NCBI GenBank assembly: GCA_036501385.1
Contig: DASYAK010000009.1
Span: 37,739 to 101,738 of the forward strand
Length of the DNA stretch: 64,000 bases
Source of the DNA: Gemmatimonadales bacterium
GTDB taxonomy: Bacteria > Gemmatimonadota > Gemmatimonadetes > Gemmatimonadales > GWC2-71-9
Direction of reading: 5' to 3'
The notes under the pieces: model-generated
Seen by the model: only the letters and a program-made list of their open reading frames with translations
Database searches by the model: none
What the model was told of the DNA's origin: nothing
Shown: positions 26,896 to 37,088 of the stretch, piece after piece
Layout of the letters: every line of letters starts with the position of its first letter
How positions within the stretch are numbered: the first letter of the stretch is position 1
Made by a program: the position numbers and the translations under genes

Positions 26896-27219
26896 CTAGA
26901 GCCCCAGCGTCGTTCGTCGCCACTGGGCGAATCGCACGACATCGGCTGCGGGAGGTACTGCGTTTTCGTCGCCGTACGCCGTGTACATCCGCCAGCGGAG
27001 ATAGGTCCGATCGGGGACCGGAAGAAAGGGAGCTTGACGCCACCATCCGGTGCGCCTGAAGGCCCACGCCGTGCGAATCAGGTCGACTGCGAGCCCGGGA
27101 GAAATGAGGGCATGCGCCGCGAGCGACGCGACCAGGGCCGGCCACGAGCCGGCGTACTCCGGGGTCGGCGCGGGATCGGAGGGAGCGGTCACGCGAAGGA
27201 ACGTAATGGGAGCGACCAT
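26896..27219 (-). CDS. Hypothetical 107-aa protein, first gene of the ndh-queG string
   Basis: Its stop abuts the ndh start with zero gap and third-position GC is high. It has Trp/Arg-rich motifs (WAFRRTGWWRQ, YLRWRMYTAYG). No family recognised. Confidence 0.55.
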   Translation of the reverse strand: MVAPITFLRVTAPSDPAPTPEYAGSWPALVASLAAHALISPGLAVDLIRTAWAFRRTGWWRQAPFLPVPDRTYLRWRMYTAYGDENAVPPAADVVRFAQWRRTTLGL

Positions 27220-27270
27220 CGAAGGAGGATCGCACGGGAGGGCGCCACCGAGGCATATATTCCACTCCCT

Positions 27271-28419
27271 ATGCCCGTCACAGCGTCACAATCGGTCGCG
27301 AATCCCCTGGCACACTGGCGCACCGAGTTCGCGGTGTTCGAGCGCGCCATCTACCTCAACACCTGTTCGCTTGGCCCGCTCGCCCGGCGCACCAGGGAGC
27401 GGATCACCACATTTCTCGATCAATGGGACGAACGCGGTGCCGCCAACTGGTATGACATCTGGTGGAGCGCCCTCGATGAACTGCGACTCCGTTACGGTGC
27501 GGTGGTCAATGCGCGGCCCGGCGAGATCGCGCTCCGCCCGTCGATCTCGAGCATCCTCGGCGTGATCGGCAGCGGGCTCGACACCACGCGACGCCGGCGG
27601 ATCGTCACCACCGCGATCGATTTCCCCACGTTGCCATATCAATGGTTGCCGCGGGACGCCGAGGTGGTTCTGCTCGAATCCCCCGACGGCGTGACTGTCC
27701 CGGTCGAGGCGTTCGACCGGGCCGTCAATCGCGACACTGCACTGGTCGCCACAAGCCACGTGTATTACGCCTCGGGGGCGATACAGGACGTCTGCGCGAT
27801 CGGACAGATCGCACGGCGCGCCGGCGCCCTCACGCTCATCGACGGCTATCAGGCGGCGGGACAGATTCCGGTCGACGTGCAGGCGCTCGACGTCGACTTC
27901 TATCTCGCCGGCGGACTCAAGTGGCTCCTCGGCGGGACGGGCATCACCTTTCTCTATGCCCGCTCCGACAGCACGGCGGATGTGATTCCGTGTGCCTCGG
28001 GATGGTTCGCCCATCGCGATCAGTTTGCCTTCGATCCGTCAACCTTCGTCCCGCATATTGACGCGCGCCGGTTCGAAACCGGGACACCGGCCCTCCCGTC
28101 GGTGCACGCGCAGCTGGGCGGCCTCGATGTCATCGAATCGGCCGGCGTCGGCGCGATTCGCGAGGTCACCAGCGCGCTGACGGAGGACCTGGTCATCGAA
28201 GCGCAGAGCCACGGACTCCGCCCGCGGATCGCCGCCACTGCCGCCGAACGGAGCGCCATCGTGATGCTCCCGCGACCTGATCCCCGCGCCGACGTGGCGC
28301 GGCTCGCGGCGGCCGGCTTTGTCGTCGATTCCCGGCCCGGGCACGTGCGCGTGTCACCCTGTTTCTACAACGTCGCGGATGATCACCGCGCTCTTCTCGA
28401 GGTACTGCTGGATGCGTGA
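27271..28419 (+). CDS. Class V aminotransferase-fold PLP enzyme (cysteine desulfurase/kynureninase-like)
   Basis: The ATG at 27271 starts the conserved part of ORF 25642..28419 (YLNTCSLGP, TSHVYYASG, GGLKWLLGG). The preceding 543 codons are antisense to ndh. Confidence 0.8.
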   Translation: MPVTASQSVANPLAHWRTEFAVFERAIYLNTCSLGPLARRTRERITTFLDQWDERGAANWYDIWWSALDELRLRYGAVVNARPGEIALRPSISSILGVIGSGLDTTRRRRIVTTAIDFPTLPYQWLPRDAEVVLLESPDGVTVPVEAFDRAVNRDTALVATSHVYYASGAIQDVCAIGQIARRAGALTLIDGYQAAGQIPVDVQALDVDFYLAGGLKWLLGGTGITFLYARSDSTADVIPCASGWFAHRDQFAFDPSTFVPHIDARRFETGTPALPSVHAQLGGLDVIESAGVGAIREVTSALTEDLVIEAQSHGLRPRIAATAAERSAIVMLPRPDPRADVARLAAAGFVVDSRPGHVRVSPCFYNVADDHRALLEVLLDA

Positions 28420-29173
28420 ACGCAAGACGAAGACCGCGCCGCCGCCCAAGACGATGCGCAAGTCGCGCCCCACCGAGGACGAGCAACTCCTCAACGTCCC
28501 GGTGGCCGAGGACGTGCTCCGGCTGCGCCGCACATCGGACTCATGGCGCGTGCTGAGCATCCAGGGTGAGTTTGTCTGGGGGTTCGACAACCTGCAGGAC
28601 GTGGCGGGTGGCGTCTCATTTTTCGGTTCGGCCCGCACCAAGCCCGGCGATCCGTTCTACAAGGCCGCCGAGCGGACGGCGCAGCTTTTCGCGAAGGCGG
28701 GAGTGCCGGTGATCACCGGCGGCGGCCCCGGCATCATGGAAGCGGCCAACAAGGGCGCCTACGAAGCCGGCGGACTCTCGATCGGATGCAACATCGAGTT
28801 GCCGCACGAACAGCGCCCCAATCAGTATCTCACCCGGTCGCTCGACTTCAAGTATTTCTTCGTGCGCAAGACGATGTTCGTCAAGTATGCCATTGGCTTC
28901 GCGGTCTTTCCCGGCGGGTATGGCACGCTCGACGAACTCTTCGAGGCGCTCACGCTGATGCAGACCGACAAACTCACCGACTTCCCGATTGTCCTCTTCG
29001 GCAAGAAATACTGGTCGGGAATGATCGCGTGGATCACGGACACGCTGGTGCACGAAGGGATGATCTCCCCCGGCGACGAGAAGCTGATCACCGTCACCGA
29101 CCGGCCCGAGACCGTCGTCAAGATCCTGATGGAGAGCCGCAAGCGCCTGGGCGTCGCCACGGTCGGGTTCTGA
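28412..29173 (+). CDS. LOG-family / TIGR00730 Rossmann-fold nucleotide-binding protein
   Basis: It carries the GGGPGIMEAANKGA and PGGYGTLDELFE motifs. The ATG at 28412 overlaps the upstream stop. Confidence 0.85.
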   Translation: MRERKTKTAPPPKTMRKSRPTEDEQLLNVPVAEDVLRLRRTSDSWRVLSIQGEFVWGFDNLQDVAGGVSFFGSARTKPGDPFYKAAERTAQLFAKAGVPVITGGGPGIMEAANKGAYEAGGLSIGCNIELPHEQRPNQYLTRSLDFKYFFVRKTMFVKYAIGFAVFPGGYGTLDELFEALTLMQTDKLTDFPIVLFGKKYWSGMIAWITDTLVHEGMISPGDEKLITVTDRPETVVKILMESRKRLGVATVGF

Positions 29174-29177
29174 AACG

Positions 29178-30743
29178 GTGGACGCCGCGATGGTGGCGAA
29201 GCGCCGGTGGCGTGCCAGCGGGGCGCTGGGCCTCCTCGCGTTCATCAACCTGCTCAACTATCTCGACCGCAACATCATCTTCGCGCTCTTCGAGCCGATC
29301 AAGCGCGAGCTTTCCCTCAACGACACCCAGCTTGGCTGGCTCGGTGCGGCCTACATACTCGTCTTCTCGGTCGCCGCGCTGCCGTTCGGCGTGATCGGCG
29401 ATCTCAAGAGCCGCAAGACGGTGATCGCCGCCGGGACCGCACTGTTCAGCGCGTTCACGTCGCTCGGCGGACTGGTGCGCGGCTTCACCGAACTCTTCGT
29501 CTGCCGCGCCCTGGTTGGCATCGGCGAGGCCGCCTATGCACCGGCATCGACGTCGATGGTGGCTGACTACTTCCCGGGCCGCAATCGCGCCTTCGCGATG
29601 GGCATCCTCAACGCCGGGATCCCGATCGGCGGCGTTCTGGGAATTCTCCTCGGCGGCTATCTCGAAAGTGTCTACGGGTGGCGAGTGGCGCTGATGGCAG
29701 TCGGCATTCCCGGATTCGCCTGCGCGGCGCTGGTGATGGGACTGGTCGATCCGGCGCGGAAGGAATCGCCACACCAGATCCGGAACCTCGCCCGCAAGCT
29801 CGGCCTCGGTACGCTCGGCCTCTTCCACCAGCTCCTGCCGCTGCTGGTGCTGACCGGGATCGGACTGGTGATGGCCGTCGCGCTCACCCACTGGTTCGGG
29901 ACCGAGTCGCCCAGTGACACGATCGTGCTGGCCGTGGCGATCGGGCTCGGCACAGTACTCACCATCTGGCGCTGGGTGCGGTTGCTGCGGCTCGATCGGC
30001 GCGACGAAACTCCATTCACTCCCGGGCTCGAGGACGCGGTCGACGAACTGGCGCGCGCGGGACGTCTCGTCCTTCGCACTCCGACGCTCATCTTCGTCTT
30101 CCTCTCCGGCGCGATGATATCGTTCGGTACCAATGGGCTCGTCGGTTGGGGGCCGTCGTTCATGACCCGGAAGTTCGGCCTTTCCAGCGCAGCCGCGGCC
30201 GAGCTGCTCGGCACCTGGGGACTCGTGGCCGGCGTGGTCGGCACACTCGCCGGCGGACTGATCGCCGACTGGCTGCGGCGGCGGACCGACAAGGGACGCG
30301 TGATTACCATCGCCGCGGGCTTCATCATCGGCGGCCCGCTCTCCATCTGGGTCCTCACCGTCCACGACCTGCGACTCTTCATTCCGGGATTCGTCGTCGC
30401 CTTCTTCTTCCTCTCGTGGTACAACGGCCCGATGTCGGCCGTGATTTTCGACGTGGTGCCGGCCACGATCGGCTCGACCGTGGTGGGCGCGTATCTCCTC
30501 TTCATCCATCTCGCCGGCGACGGCATTGCATTGCCGCTGATTGGTTCACTCTCGGATCGCTTCTCGCTGGCGCGCGCCGTGATTCTCCTCCCGGTCGTGG
30601 CACTCCTCGGCGGGATCGTGGTCCTGGGCGCCCTGCCGACAATTACCAGGGACATGGCGCGATTGACCCGTCGCGGGCCGATCGCCGGACTCCATGCCGA
30701 TCCCGCCGCCGGCGCTGGAACCGGGGCAGCCCCCCGACCGTAG
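29178..30743 (+). CDS. MFS transporter
   Basis: 521 aa with about 12 TM helices and an MFS loop motif, LPFGVIGDLKSRK. The start is GTG at 29178 or ATG at 29190. Confidence 0.85.
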   Translation: MDAAMVAKRRWRASGALGLLAFINLLNYLDRNIIFALFEPIKRELSLNDTQLGWLGAAYILVFSVAALPFGVIGDLKSRKTVIAAGTALFSAFTSLGGLVRGFTELFVCRALVGIGEAAYAPASTSMVADYFPGRNRAFAMGILNAGIPIGGVLGILLGGYLESVYGWRVALMAVGIPGFACAALVMGLVDPARKESPHQIRNLARKLGLGTLGLFHQLLPLLVLTGIGLVMAVALTHWFGTESPSDTIVLAVAIGLGTVLTIWRWVRLLRLDRRDETPFTPGLEDAVDELARAGRLVLRTPTLIFVFLSGAMISFGTNGLVGWGPSFMTRKFGLSSAAAAELLGTWGLVAGVVGTLAGGLIADWLRRRTDKGRVITIAAGFIIGGPLSIWVLTVHDLRLFIPGFVVAFFFLSWYNGPMSAVIFDVVPATIGSTVVGAYLLFIHLAGDGIALPLIGSLSDRFSLARAVILLPVVALLGGIVVLGALPTITRDMARLTRRGPIAGLHADPAAGAGTGAAPRP

Positions 30744-30767
30744 TCGAAGGCATCCAGCGGGGCACAC

Positions 30768-31568
30768 ATGAACGAAAGGATTCTCCGGATGTCGCGCTTC
30801 CGTCACGCCCTCTACCTGGCACTTCTCGTAGCACTCATTCCGGCGGCGCTTTCCGCGCAGAAGTCGGGCGCCGACGTCCTCAAACGGATGCACGACAAGT
30901 ACGCCGGCAAGTGGTACGGGACGTTGACATTCACGCAGAGGACGACGCGAGCCGGACGCAACGGCGGGCCGCCGGTGATTTCGACCTGGTACGAGGCGAT
31001 GTGGTTCACTTCTCCCGGCGGTGCCAAGCTGCGGATCGATACCGGCGACCCGTCGGCCGGAAATGGCGTGCTTTACACCGCCGACTCGAGCTGGTCGGTT
31101 CGCGGCGGCAATGCGCAGCCGGCGAATGGCAACGGAAACGCGTTCATTCCGTTGATCGAGAGCGTCTACCTGCAGCCGGCGGACGAAACGATCAAGCAAC
31201 TCGCGGAAGAACACATCGACTTTTCAAAGGTCGCCGATGTCACCTGGCAGGGGCGGCCCGCGTGGGCCGTGGGCGCGAACTCGCCTTCGGATACCACGTC
31301 GCCGCAGTTCTGGATCGACAAGGATCGCCTGGTGCTGGTCCGAATGTTCGTGGCATTCGCGGCGAACAACGCTCCGCTCGATGTGCACCTCGACAGTCTG
31401 GTGCAGACTGGCGGCGGCTGGCTCGCAACGAAGGTGACGATGCTGCGAAACGGGTCGCCGGTGCAGACCGAGGAGTATTCGGGGTGGAAGACCAAGATGG
31501 CGCTCGACCCGAAACTCTTCGACCCTGCGTCGTGGAGCACGGTGACCCACTGGACCAAGGCGCCCTAG
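30768..31568 (+). CDS. Secreted protein of unknown function (possibly LolA-like/outer-membrane lipoprotein-sorting fold)
   Basis: 266 aa with signal peptide ...LALLVALIPAALSAQ. No catalytic motif recognised; the fold assignment is a guess. Confidence 0.6.
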   Translation: MNERILRMSRFRHALYLALLVALIPAALSAQKSGADVLKRMHDKYAGKWYGTLTFTQRTTRAGRNGGPPVISTWYEAMWFTSPGGAKLRIDTGDPSAGNGVLYTADSSWSVRGGNAQPANGNGNAFIPLIESVYLQPADETIKQLAEEHIDFSKVADVTWQGRPAWAVGANSPSDTTSPQFWIDKDRLVLVRMFVAFAANNAPLDVHLDSLVQTGGGWLATKVTMLRNGSPVQTEEYSGWKTKMALDPKLFDPASWSTVTHWTKAP

Positions 31569-31569
31569 G

Positions 31570-31869
31570 CTATCGCCCCCAGAGGTCGATCAGTTCATCG
31601 ATCACACGCGCAGCTTCCGAAGGATCGCCTGACCGGATCGCCGTCGTGGTGCAGTGCGTCAGGTGATTGTGCAGGAGAACTCGTCCCACACCACGCAGGG
31701 CCTCCTGCGCCGAGCTGATCTGCACCAGGACATCAGCGCAGTAGCGTTCCTCGGCGACCATCTTCTGCAGGCCTCGAATCTGGCCCTCGATGCGCCGGAG
31801 TCGCTTGGCAAGCGAGGCCTTCGTCTCGGCGGGAAGCGCCACGGCATGAATCGGATGCGGGTCAGTCAT
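31570..31869 (-). CDS. csoR: Copper-sensing repressor CsoR (CsoR/RcnR family)
   Basis: 99 aa. It has [16 protein letters not shown], a C-H-C ligand set (YCADV ... HNHLTHC), and an ATGA overlap with the copA stop. Confidence 0.88.
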   Translation of the reverse strand: MTDPHPIHAVALPAETKASLAKRLRRIEGQIRGLQKMVAEERYCADVLVQISSAQEALRGVGRVLLHNHLTHCTTTAIRSGDPSEAARVIDELIDLWGR

Positions 31870-34217
31870 GGCGGGCTCGATGCGCGAATGGCACTGGATC
31901 TCAATCGCAGGGAATTGCCGACGACACTGACACTGCTCAGCGCCATTGCGGCACTCGCCAACACCGGGCTGAGCAGGAGTCCGGTCGCGGGGTAAAGCGC
32001 CCCGGCGGCGATCGGTACCGCAAGCAGATTGTACCCGAAGGCCCAGCCAAGATTCTGGCGGATGATCCGCATGGTGCGGCGCGACAGGATGATCGCGTCG
32101 GCGACCGCGTCGAGATCGTCCCGCATCAGCGCGAGGTCCGCGGCTTCGACGGCAACCGCGGTGCCGCCACCCATCGCGATCCCGACATCGGCTCGAGCCA
32201 GCGCAGGAGCATCGTTGACGCCGTCGCCGACCATCGCAACGACGTGGCCCTCGCGTTGCAGCCGTTCGATCGCGGCGACCTTTTCTGCCGGGAGAACATG
32301 GGCGATCACCTGATCGATCCCTGCCTCGCGCGCAATCGCGTCGGCAACTTCCTGCCGATCGCCGGTGAGGAGGAGCACGTCGAGGTGCGCCGCCTTGAGA
32401 CGGGCGATCGCCGCCGCAGCACCGGCGCGGATCGGATCGGCCACAACGATGACCCCCGCCGCCGTACCGCCAATCGACACCAGCACCGGCGTACGCCCGC
32501 TGGCCGCCGCACCGAGCACCGGATCGCGGAGCGATGACACGTCGATCGACAACTCGGCGTGATATGAATCGTTGCCGACCGTAACCACGCGTCCATCCAC
32601 GTTGCCGCGCGCGCCCATCCCGCCCTGCGATTGGAACGCCATCGGATGCACCGCGCGGAGCCCGCGGCGATCCCGTTCCGCCACGATTGCCGCCGCCAGC
32701 GGATGCTGCGACAACGATTCGACCGCGGCCGCAAAGACGAGCACGTCGTCGGAGGTGAAGTCGGTGCCCGCGGCGGCGATTACGTCGCTCACCGCGGGAC
32801 GCCCCTGCGTTACGGTGCCGGTCTTGTCGAGGACGACGGTGTCGACTTCACCGGCGCGCTGCAGTGCTTCTCCGCTCTTCACCAGCACGCCGAGCGACGC
32901 ACCCCGCCCGGTGGCAACCATGACGGCCGTCGGGACGGCGAGTCCCATGGCACAGGGACAGGCAATGATCAGTACGGCAACCGCCGCGGCAAAGCCACGG
33001 AGCGCGGGCGAGTGATCCGCCGTCGCCATCCAGATCGCGAAAGTCACCAGCGACAACGCCACGATCACCGGCACGAAGACGGCGCTGATCCGATCGGCGA
33101 GCACCTGGACCGGAGCGCGTGACGCCTGGGCGTCGCGCATCAGGCGCACGATCGCCGCCAGCGTTGACTCGGCGCCGACCCGCGTGGCCTGCACCAGCAA
33201 CGCACCGCTGCCGTTGATGCTTCCGCCGGTGACGCCGCCGCCCGCGACTTTGGCGACCGGGAGCGACTCGCCGGTGAGCATCGATTCGTCGACCGCGCTG
33301 TCGCCCTCGAGCACGGCGCCGTCGACCGGAATCCGTTCTCCCGGCCGGACCACGACCACATCGCCCGAGTGCACCGATTCGATCAGCACATCGCGATCGA
33401 TCCCGTCGTGGCGGACGCGCGCCGTCGCCGGCTGGAGCGCGGCCAGCGCACGGAGCGCAGCGGTCGTCTGGCGGCGCGCGCGCGCCTCGAGGGCGTTGCC
33501 CGCGAGAATGAAGGCGATGATGAGGATCACCGCTTCGTAGTAGACATCGGGCGCAATGCCGTGACGAATAAAGATCCCCGGCGCCACCGTGGCGATCGCC
33601 GAATAGATCAGCGCGGCGCCGGTGCCCAATGTGATCAGCGTGTACATGTCGGCGGTCTTGTGCCGCAGTGCCGACCATGCTCGCCGGTAGAAATCGCCGC
33701 CGGCCCACACCACCAGTGCCGCTGTCAGGACAAGGAGGCCCCAGGTGATCGCGTCGCGGGGAATGGCAAAGAGCCATGGCAGCACGCCCGAAAGCCACGA
33801 TGCGAGATGATCCATCACGCCACGCATCAACGGGTCAACCGAGTCGTGGCCTGACCCAGCCGATGTCATCAGCGGCACCGAGAAGAAGATCACGATCAGG
33901 CCACCGATCGACGCTGCAATCGCCTTGCGCCGGAGGGCGTGGTATTCCTCGAGCTGCGCCGCGCCGTGCATCAGCATGTGGTCGTGCCCCACCGGCCCGC
34001 TCGACGGGAGCTCCGCACCGTAACCCGTCGCGCGGACCGCCGCGACGAGCCGCTCCGGCGAGGTGCGCGCCGGATCGTACTCCACCGCGGCGCTCCCGAG
34101 TAACAGATTGACCGCCGCTCCCTCGACGCCCGGTTCTGCTTCCAGGGCGCGCTGAACGCGGGACTGGCATGCGGCGCAGGTCATTCCGGTCACCGGGAGC
34201 GTGGCATGTTCTGCCAT
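31866..34217 (-). CDS. copA: Copper-translocating P1B-type ATPase CopA
   Basis: 783 aa with an N-terminal GMTCAACQ metal-binding domain, CPC in TM6, the DKTGT phosphorylation site, and GDGVNDAP. Confidence 0.95.
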   Translation of the reverse strand: MAEHATLPVTGMTCAACQSRVQRALEAEPGVEGAAVNLLLGSAAVEYDPARTSPERLVAAVRATGYGAELPSSGPVGHDHMLMHGAAQLEEYHALRRKAIAASIGGLIVIFFSVPLMTSAGSGHDSVDPLMRGVMDHLASWLSGVLPWLFAIPRDAITWGLLVLTAALVVWAGGDFYRRAWSALRHKTADMYTLITLGTGAALIYSAIATVAPGIFIRHGIAPDVYYEAVILIIAFILAGNALEARARRQTTAALRALAALQPATARVRHDGIDRDVLIESVHSGDVVVVRPGERIPVDGAVLEGDSAVDESMLTGESLPVAKVAGGGVTGGSINGSGALLVQATRVGAESTLAAIVRLMRDAQASRAPVQVLADRISAVFVPVIVALSLVTFAIWMATADHSPALRGFAAAVAVLIIACPCAMGLAVPTAVMVATGRGASLGVLVKSGEALQRAGEVDTVVLDKTGTVTQGRPAVSDVIAAAGTDFTSDDVLVFAAAVESLSQHPLAAAIVAERDRRGLRAVHPMAFQSQGGMGARGNVDGRVVTVGNDSYHAELSIDVSSLRDPVLGAAASGRTPVLVSIGGTAAGVIVVADPIRAGAAAAIARLKAAHLDVLLLTGDRQEVADAIAREAGIDQVIAHVLPAEKVAAIERLQREGHVVAMVGDGVNDAPALARADVGIAMGGGTAVAVEAADLALMRDDLDAVADAIILSRRTMRIIRQNLGWAFGYNLLAVPIAAGALYPATGLLLSPVLASAAMALSSVSVVGNSLRLRSSAIRASSPP

Positions 34218-34223
34218 GGCCTG

Positions 34224-34436
34224 CTACGCCGCCGCCACAGCTGTGGCGTGATAGCCGGCTCGCTCGACGGCCGCGATCAGTTGATGCGTCACGTCGTCCG
34301 AGGGCACCTGCACCGTCGCCCGTCCCTGCTGTACCGCGATCACCCGCGCTCCGGCTACACTGTTCAACGCGCCGTTGACCGCATTGAGGCAATGCCCGCA
34401 GCTCATGCCATCGATATGCAACGTGATGTCAGTCAT
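34224..34436 (-). CDS. copZ: Copper chaperone CopZ (HMA domain)
   Basis: 70 aa with a GMSCGHC motif, immediately upstream of copA. Confidence 0.9.
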   Translation of the reverse strand: MTDITLHIDGMSCGHCLNAVNGALNSVAGARVIAVQQGRATVQVPSDDVTHQLIAAVERAGYHATAVAAA

Positions 34437-34460
34437 CGTCCCTCCATGGACAGTCCAATT

Positions 34461-34477
34461 ATACCACTAGGGGGTAT
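34461..34477. promoter_or_regulatory. CsoR-type operator candidate ATACC-N7-GGTAT (ATACCACTAGGGGGTAT)
   Basis: A GC-tract pseudo-palindrome about 25 nt upstream of the copZ ATG. It resembles described CsoR boxes (TACC...GGGGGTA type). It lies in the 109-bp divergent spacer. Confidence 0.6.
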
Positions 34478-34545
34478 AGGTATCAATCCTGCCAGTCCCG
34501 GGTGCCGATTGCCGTGGCACAGCCCGTGCGACCTGTTTCGTTCCC

Positions 34546-35559
34546 ATGGACGATGAAGCAGCCCCCAGCCCCGACGCTTTCGTCCCGGTCCTCGCCTGGC
34601 CGGGGCGTCGGCCGTCGCTCGGGGAGCTGAGCACCTGGCATGAGGCGCTGCGAGGCGCAGTAGGCAATCTGATGCCCGCCGATCTCCTTGCCTGCTGGCT
34701 GTACCCGTCACGAGGCGGCGCTGTCCTGGTCGGCCCTCCAGCGCTTGCGGCCGACCGTCTCGTCCCCCCGCCAGCCGAGCCGCTCGTCGCCCAGGAGGCG
34801 CTCTTCGCGCTCGAGGATCGCATCGCAGGGAGCGGCTATCGCTCGGTGATGGCCGTGCCGATCCGGTCCGAGGTCCAGGACGTCGGACTTCTCGTGGCAG
34901 GGAGTTTCGCTCCCGACTCCTACACCCTGTCGCATCAGCGCGCGTTGCACCGCGTGGCGGCTCAGATCTCGACCAGTTGCCGGCGTCTCGCGGCTCAGCC
35001 GTGGGTGATCCCCAACCCCGCTGGAGAGGATCGCAACGGCATCGTCGCGGGCGTGACCGAGGGGATTCTGGCGGCCATGGCCCGCGCTAAGGACGGAGCA
35101 GAGCTGGTGCAGCTCGTCTCGGACGCCCTTGCCAACCAGGCACCGCACGACGCGCTTGAACTCCTCGCCGTCGCCCCCGCCCCCGAATGCTGGGCGCTCC
35201 TCGGCCTCGACCGGACTGCGGCACCGCGATTCACCGTCGACGCCGATATCTCCGATGCGATCGACTCGCTGGCGCACCACTTCGGTGCCCGCGAGCTGGT
35301 CCGGATCGACGACCTCCACGCCATTGATCGCGCCTGGCCCGCGTCGACCAATCACCGCGGCGCGGAGCGAATCCGTTCAGTGCTCGCAGCGCGACTGGAG
35401 GTCGGCGGCGAATTTGTCGGCTGGCTCTGTCTGGCGAGTGAAACGGCTCGCTGGTTCCGCGAAGAAGACGAGATGGTGGCGCGCCTGGCGGCGGGGATCC
35501 TGGGACCGCGGGTCGCTGCGTGGGAAGCGCGGGCCGAGCTTGCGGGAGCCTGGAGCTAG
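34546..35559 (+). CDS. Hypothetical protein with two GAF-like halves
   Basis: 337 aa. Both halves end in motifs resembling GAF cores (SVMAVPIRSEVQDVGLLVAGS; VLAARLEVGGEFVGWLCLAS). The assignment was made by eye only. Confidence 0.6.
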   Translation: MDDEAAPSPDAFVPVLAWPGRRPSLGELSTWHEALRGAVGNLMPADLLACWLYPSRGGAVLVGPPALAADRLVPPPAEPLVAQEALFALEDRIAGSGYRSVMAVPIRSEVQDVGLLVAGSFAPDSYTLSHQRALHRVAAQISTSCRRLAAQPWVIPNPAGEDRNGIVAGVTEGILAAMARAKDGAELVQLVSDALANQAPHDALELLAVAPAPECWALLGLDRTAAPRFTVDADISDAIDSLAHHFGARELVRIDDLHAIDRAWPASTNHRGAERIRSVLAARLEVGGEFVGWLCLASETARWFREEDEMVARLAAGILGPRVAAWEARAELAGAWS

Positions 35560-37088
35560 GCTGCAGCGGCCGGGGTGCGATCCTTGGGCGGACCATCGAC
35601 CGGCACGATGAACCAGAAGGTGCTTCCCTTTCCGAAAATCGATTCCACGCCGATCTGTCCCCCGTGCATCTCGACGAAGCGTTTGCAGAGGGCGAGCCCC
35701 AGCCCGCTCCCTTGTGCCGCCCGCGACGAAGACGAATCGACCTGCGAGAATTCCTGGAAGAGACGCGGCATATCCTCGGTCTTGATACCGATCCCGGTGT
35801 CCGAGACCGACACCCACACCACATCTCGCGTCGACATCCTCGGTTGGCCGCTCCCGGGCCCCGGGACGGTGGTCGGCATTGGTGCCACCGTGCGCACCGC
35901 CGACACGGTAATCTTGCCGTCGTCGTTGCAGAACTTCGACGCGTTGGAAAGGAGGTTGAAGAGGACCTGGCGGATTCGCGTGCCATCAGCCAGCACTTCG
36001 AGTGAACCGGTGTCGCCCAGGTCGACAGCGCACTCCTGATGCTTGGCGGCGCGGAGCGACATGGTATCCGCCACGGCGCCGGTGATCGCTTCGCGGACGT
36101 CGCACGGGGTCAGCGACAGTACCATCCTGCCGGCTTCGATCTTCGACAGATCGAGCACCGCGTTGATCAGCGCGAGGAGATGCTGGCCATTGCGGAGGAT
36201 CGCTTCGAGGAATTCCCGCTGCTGGCCCTCGAGCGGGCCGAGGCCCTCGGTGAGGAGGAGATCCGAGAAGCCGATCACCGCGTTGAGCGGCGTGCGGAGC
36301 TCATGCGACATGTTCGCAAGGAATTCGCTCTTCAGTTGTGTGACGCGCTGCAGTTCCTTGTTCTTTGCGGCGAGCATCCGCTCGTTACGGCGCAGCTCCT
36401 CGAGCGCCGAGGTGCGGTCGAGGCCGAGCACCACCTGATCGCCAAGGGTCCGCAGCAACTGCCGGTCGTAATCGTTGAACGGCTGGCCATCCTTGCGATT
36501 GTAGGCGCACACGGCACCGACCACGAGCCCGGCCGAGCGCAGCGGGACCATCGCGGCGCTGGTGAGCCGGCCGGTGAGCTGCTCGTGCGGATGATTGCGC
36601 GAATCCCGCTCCACGTCATCGACGAGGACGGCATCGTCGGTCATGATGACGTGCCCGACCAGCGACTTGTCGACCGGCACCAGCGAACCCACGGCGGAGA
36701 GAAGCGGTCCCGACCCGGCCACAACGCGGACGAATCGCCCCTCCTCCACCATCAGCATGATGGCCCCGCCTTCGGCGCCGAGAAGATCGGCGGCGGCCTG
36801 GGCAATCTGCCGGTTGAGCGTCGCCAGATCATTACCACCAAGGAGAGCCGAGGAGAGATCGCGCAAGCGGTCGAGCTCGCGATTGCGGCGCGCCGACGCG
36901 ACCAGCGCGCTTTCGAGCGAGGCCTTCTGCCCCCGCGCCATCTCGCGACCGCGACGGAGAATGACCAGGGTGAGATAGCTGGATATCGCCGCTGCAGTGA
37001 GCCCGAGGTCGCGGTGCCCCGCAACGGCGAGGCCCACCGCGAGCCACGACATCACGAGCGTCAGGATGACCAGGGCTCCAGGTGTCAC
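35556..37088 (-). CDS. GAF-domain sensor histidine kinase (2 TM, GAF, HisKA, HATPase_c)
   Basis: The H-box is SHELRTPLNAVIGFSDLL, and N/G boxes are present. The GTG at 37088 is preceded by AGGAGG and overlaps the stop of the upstream small gene (GTGA). Confidence 0.88.
   Translation of the reverse strand: MTPGALVILTLVMSWLAVGLAVAGHRDLGLTAAAISSYLTLVILRRGREMARGQKASLESALVASARRNRELDRLRDLSSALLGGNDLATLNRQIAQAAADLLGAEGGAIMLMVEEGRFVRVVAGSGPLLSAVGSLVPVDKSLVGHVIMTDDAVLVDDVERDSRNHPHEQLTGRLTSAAMVPLRSAGLVVGAVCAYNRKDGQPFNDYDRQLLRTLGDQVVLGLDRTSALEELRRNERMLAAKNKELQRVTQLKSEFLANMSHELRTPLNAVIGFSDLLLTEGLGPLEGQQREFLEAILRNGQHLLALINAVLDLSKIEAGRMVLSLTPCDVREAITGAVADTMSLRAAKHQECAVDLGDTGSLEVLADGTRIRQVLFNLLSNASKFCNDDGKITVSAVRTVAPMPTTVPGPGSGQPRMSTRDVVWVSVSDTGIGIKTEDMPRLFQEFSQVDSSSSRAAQGSGLGLALCKRFVEMHGGQIGVESIFGKGSTFWFIVPVDGPPKDRTPAAAA

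Noticed and set aside
25642-27270. First 543 codons of the 925-aa plus-strand ORF
   Set aside because: These codons are antisense to ndh and the 107-aa gene. Similarity to class V aminotransferases begins only at the ATG at 27271.
29118-30769. 463-aa and 365-aa minus-strand ORFs
   Set aside because: Both are antisense to the MFS transporter gene.
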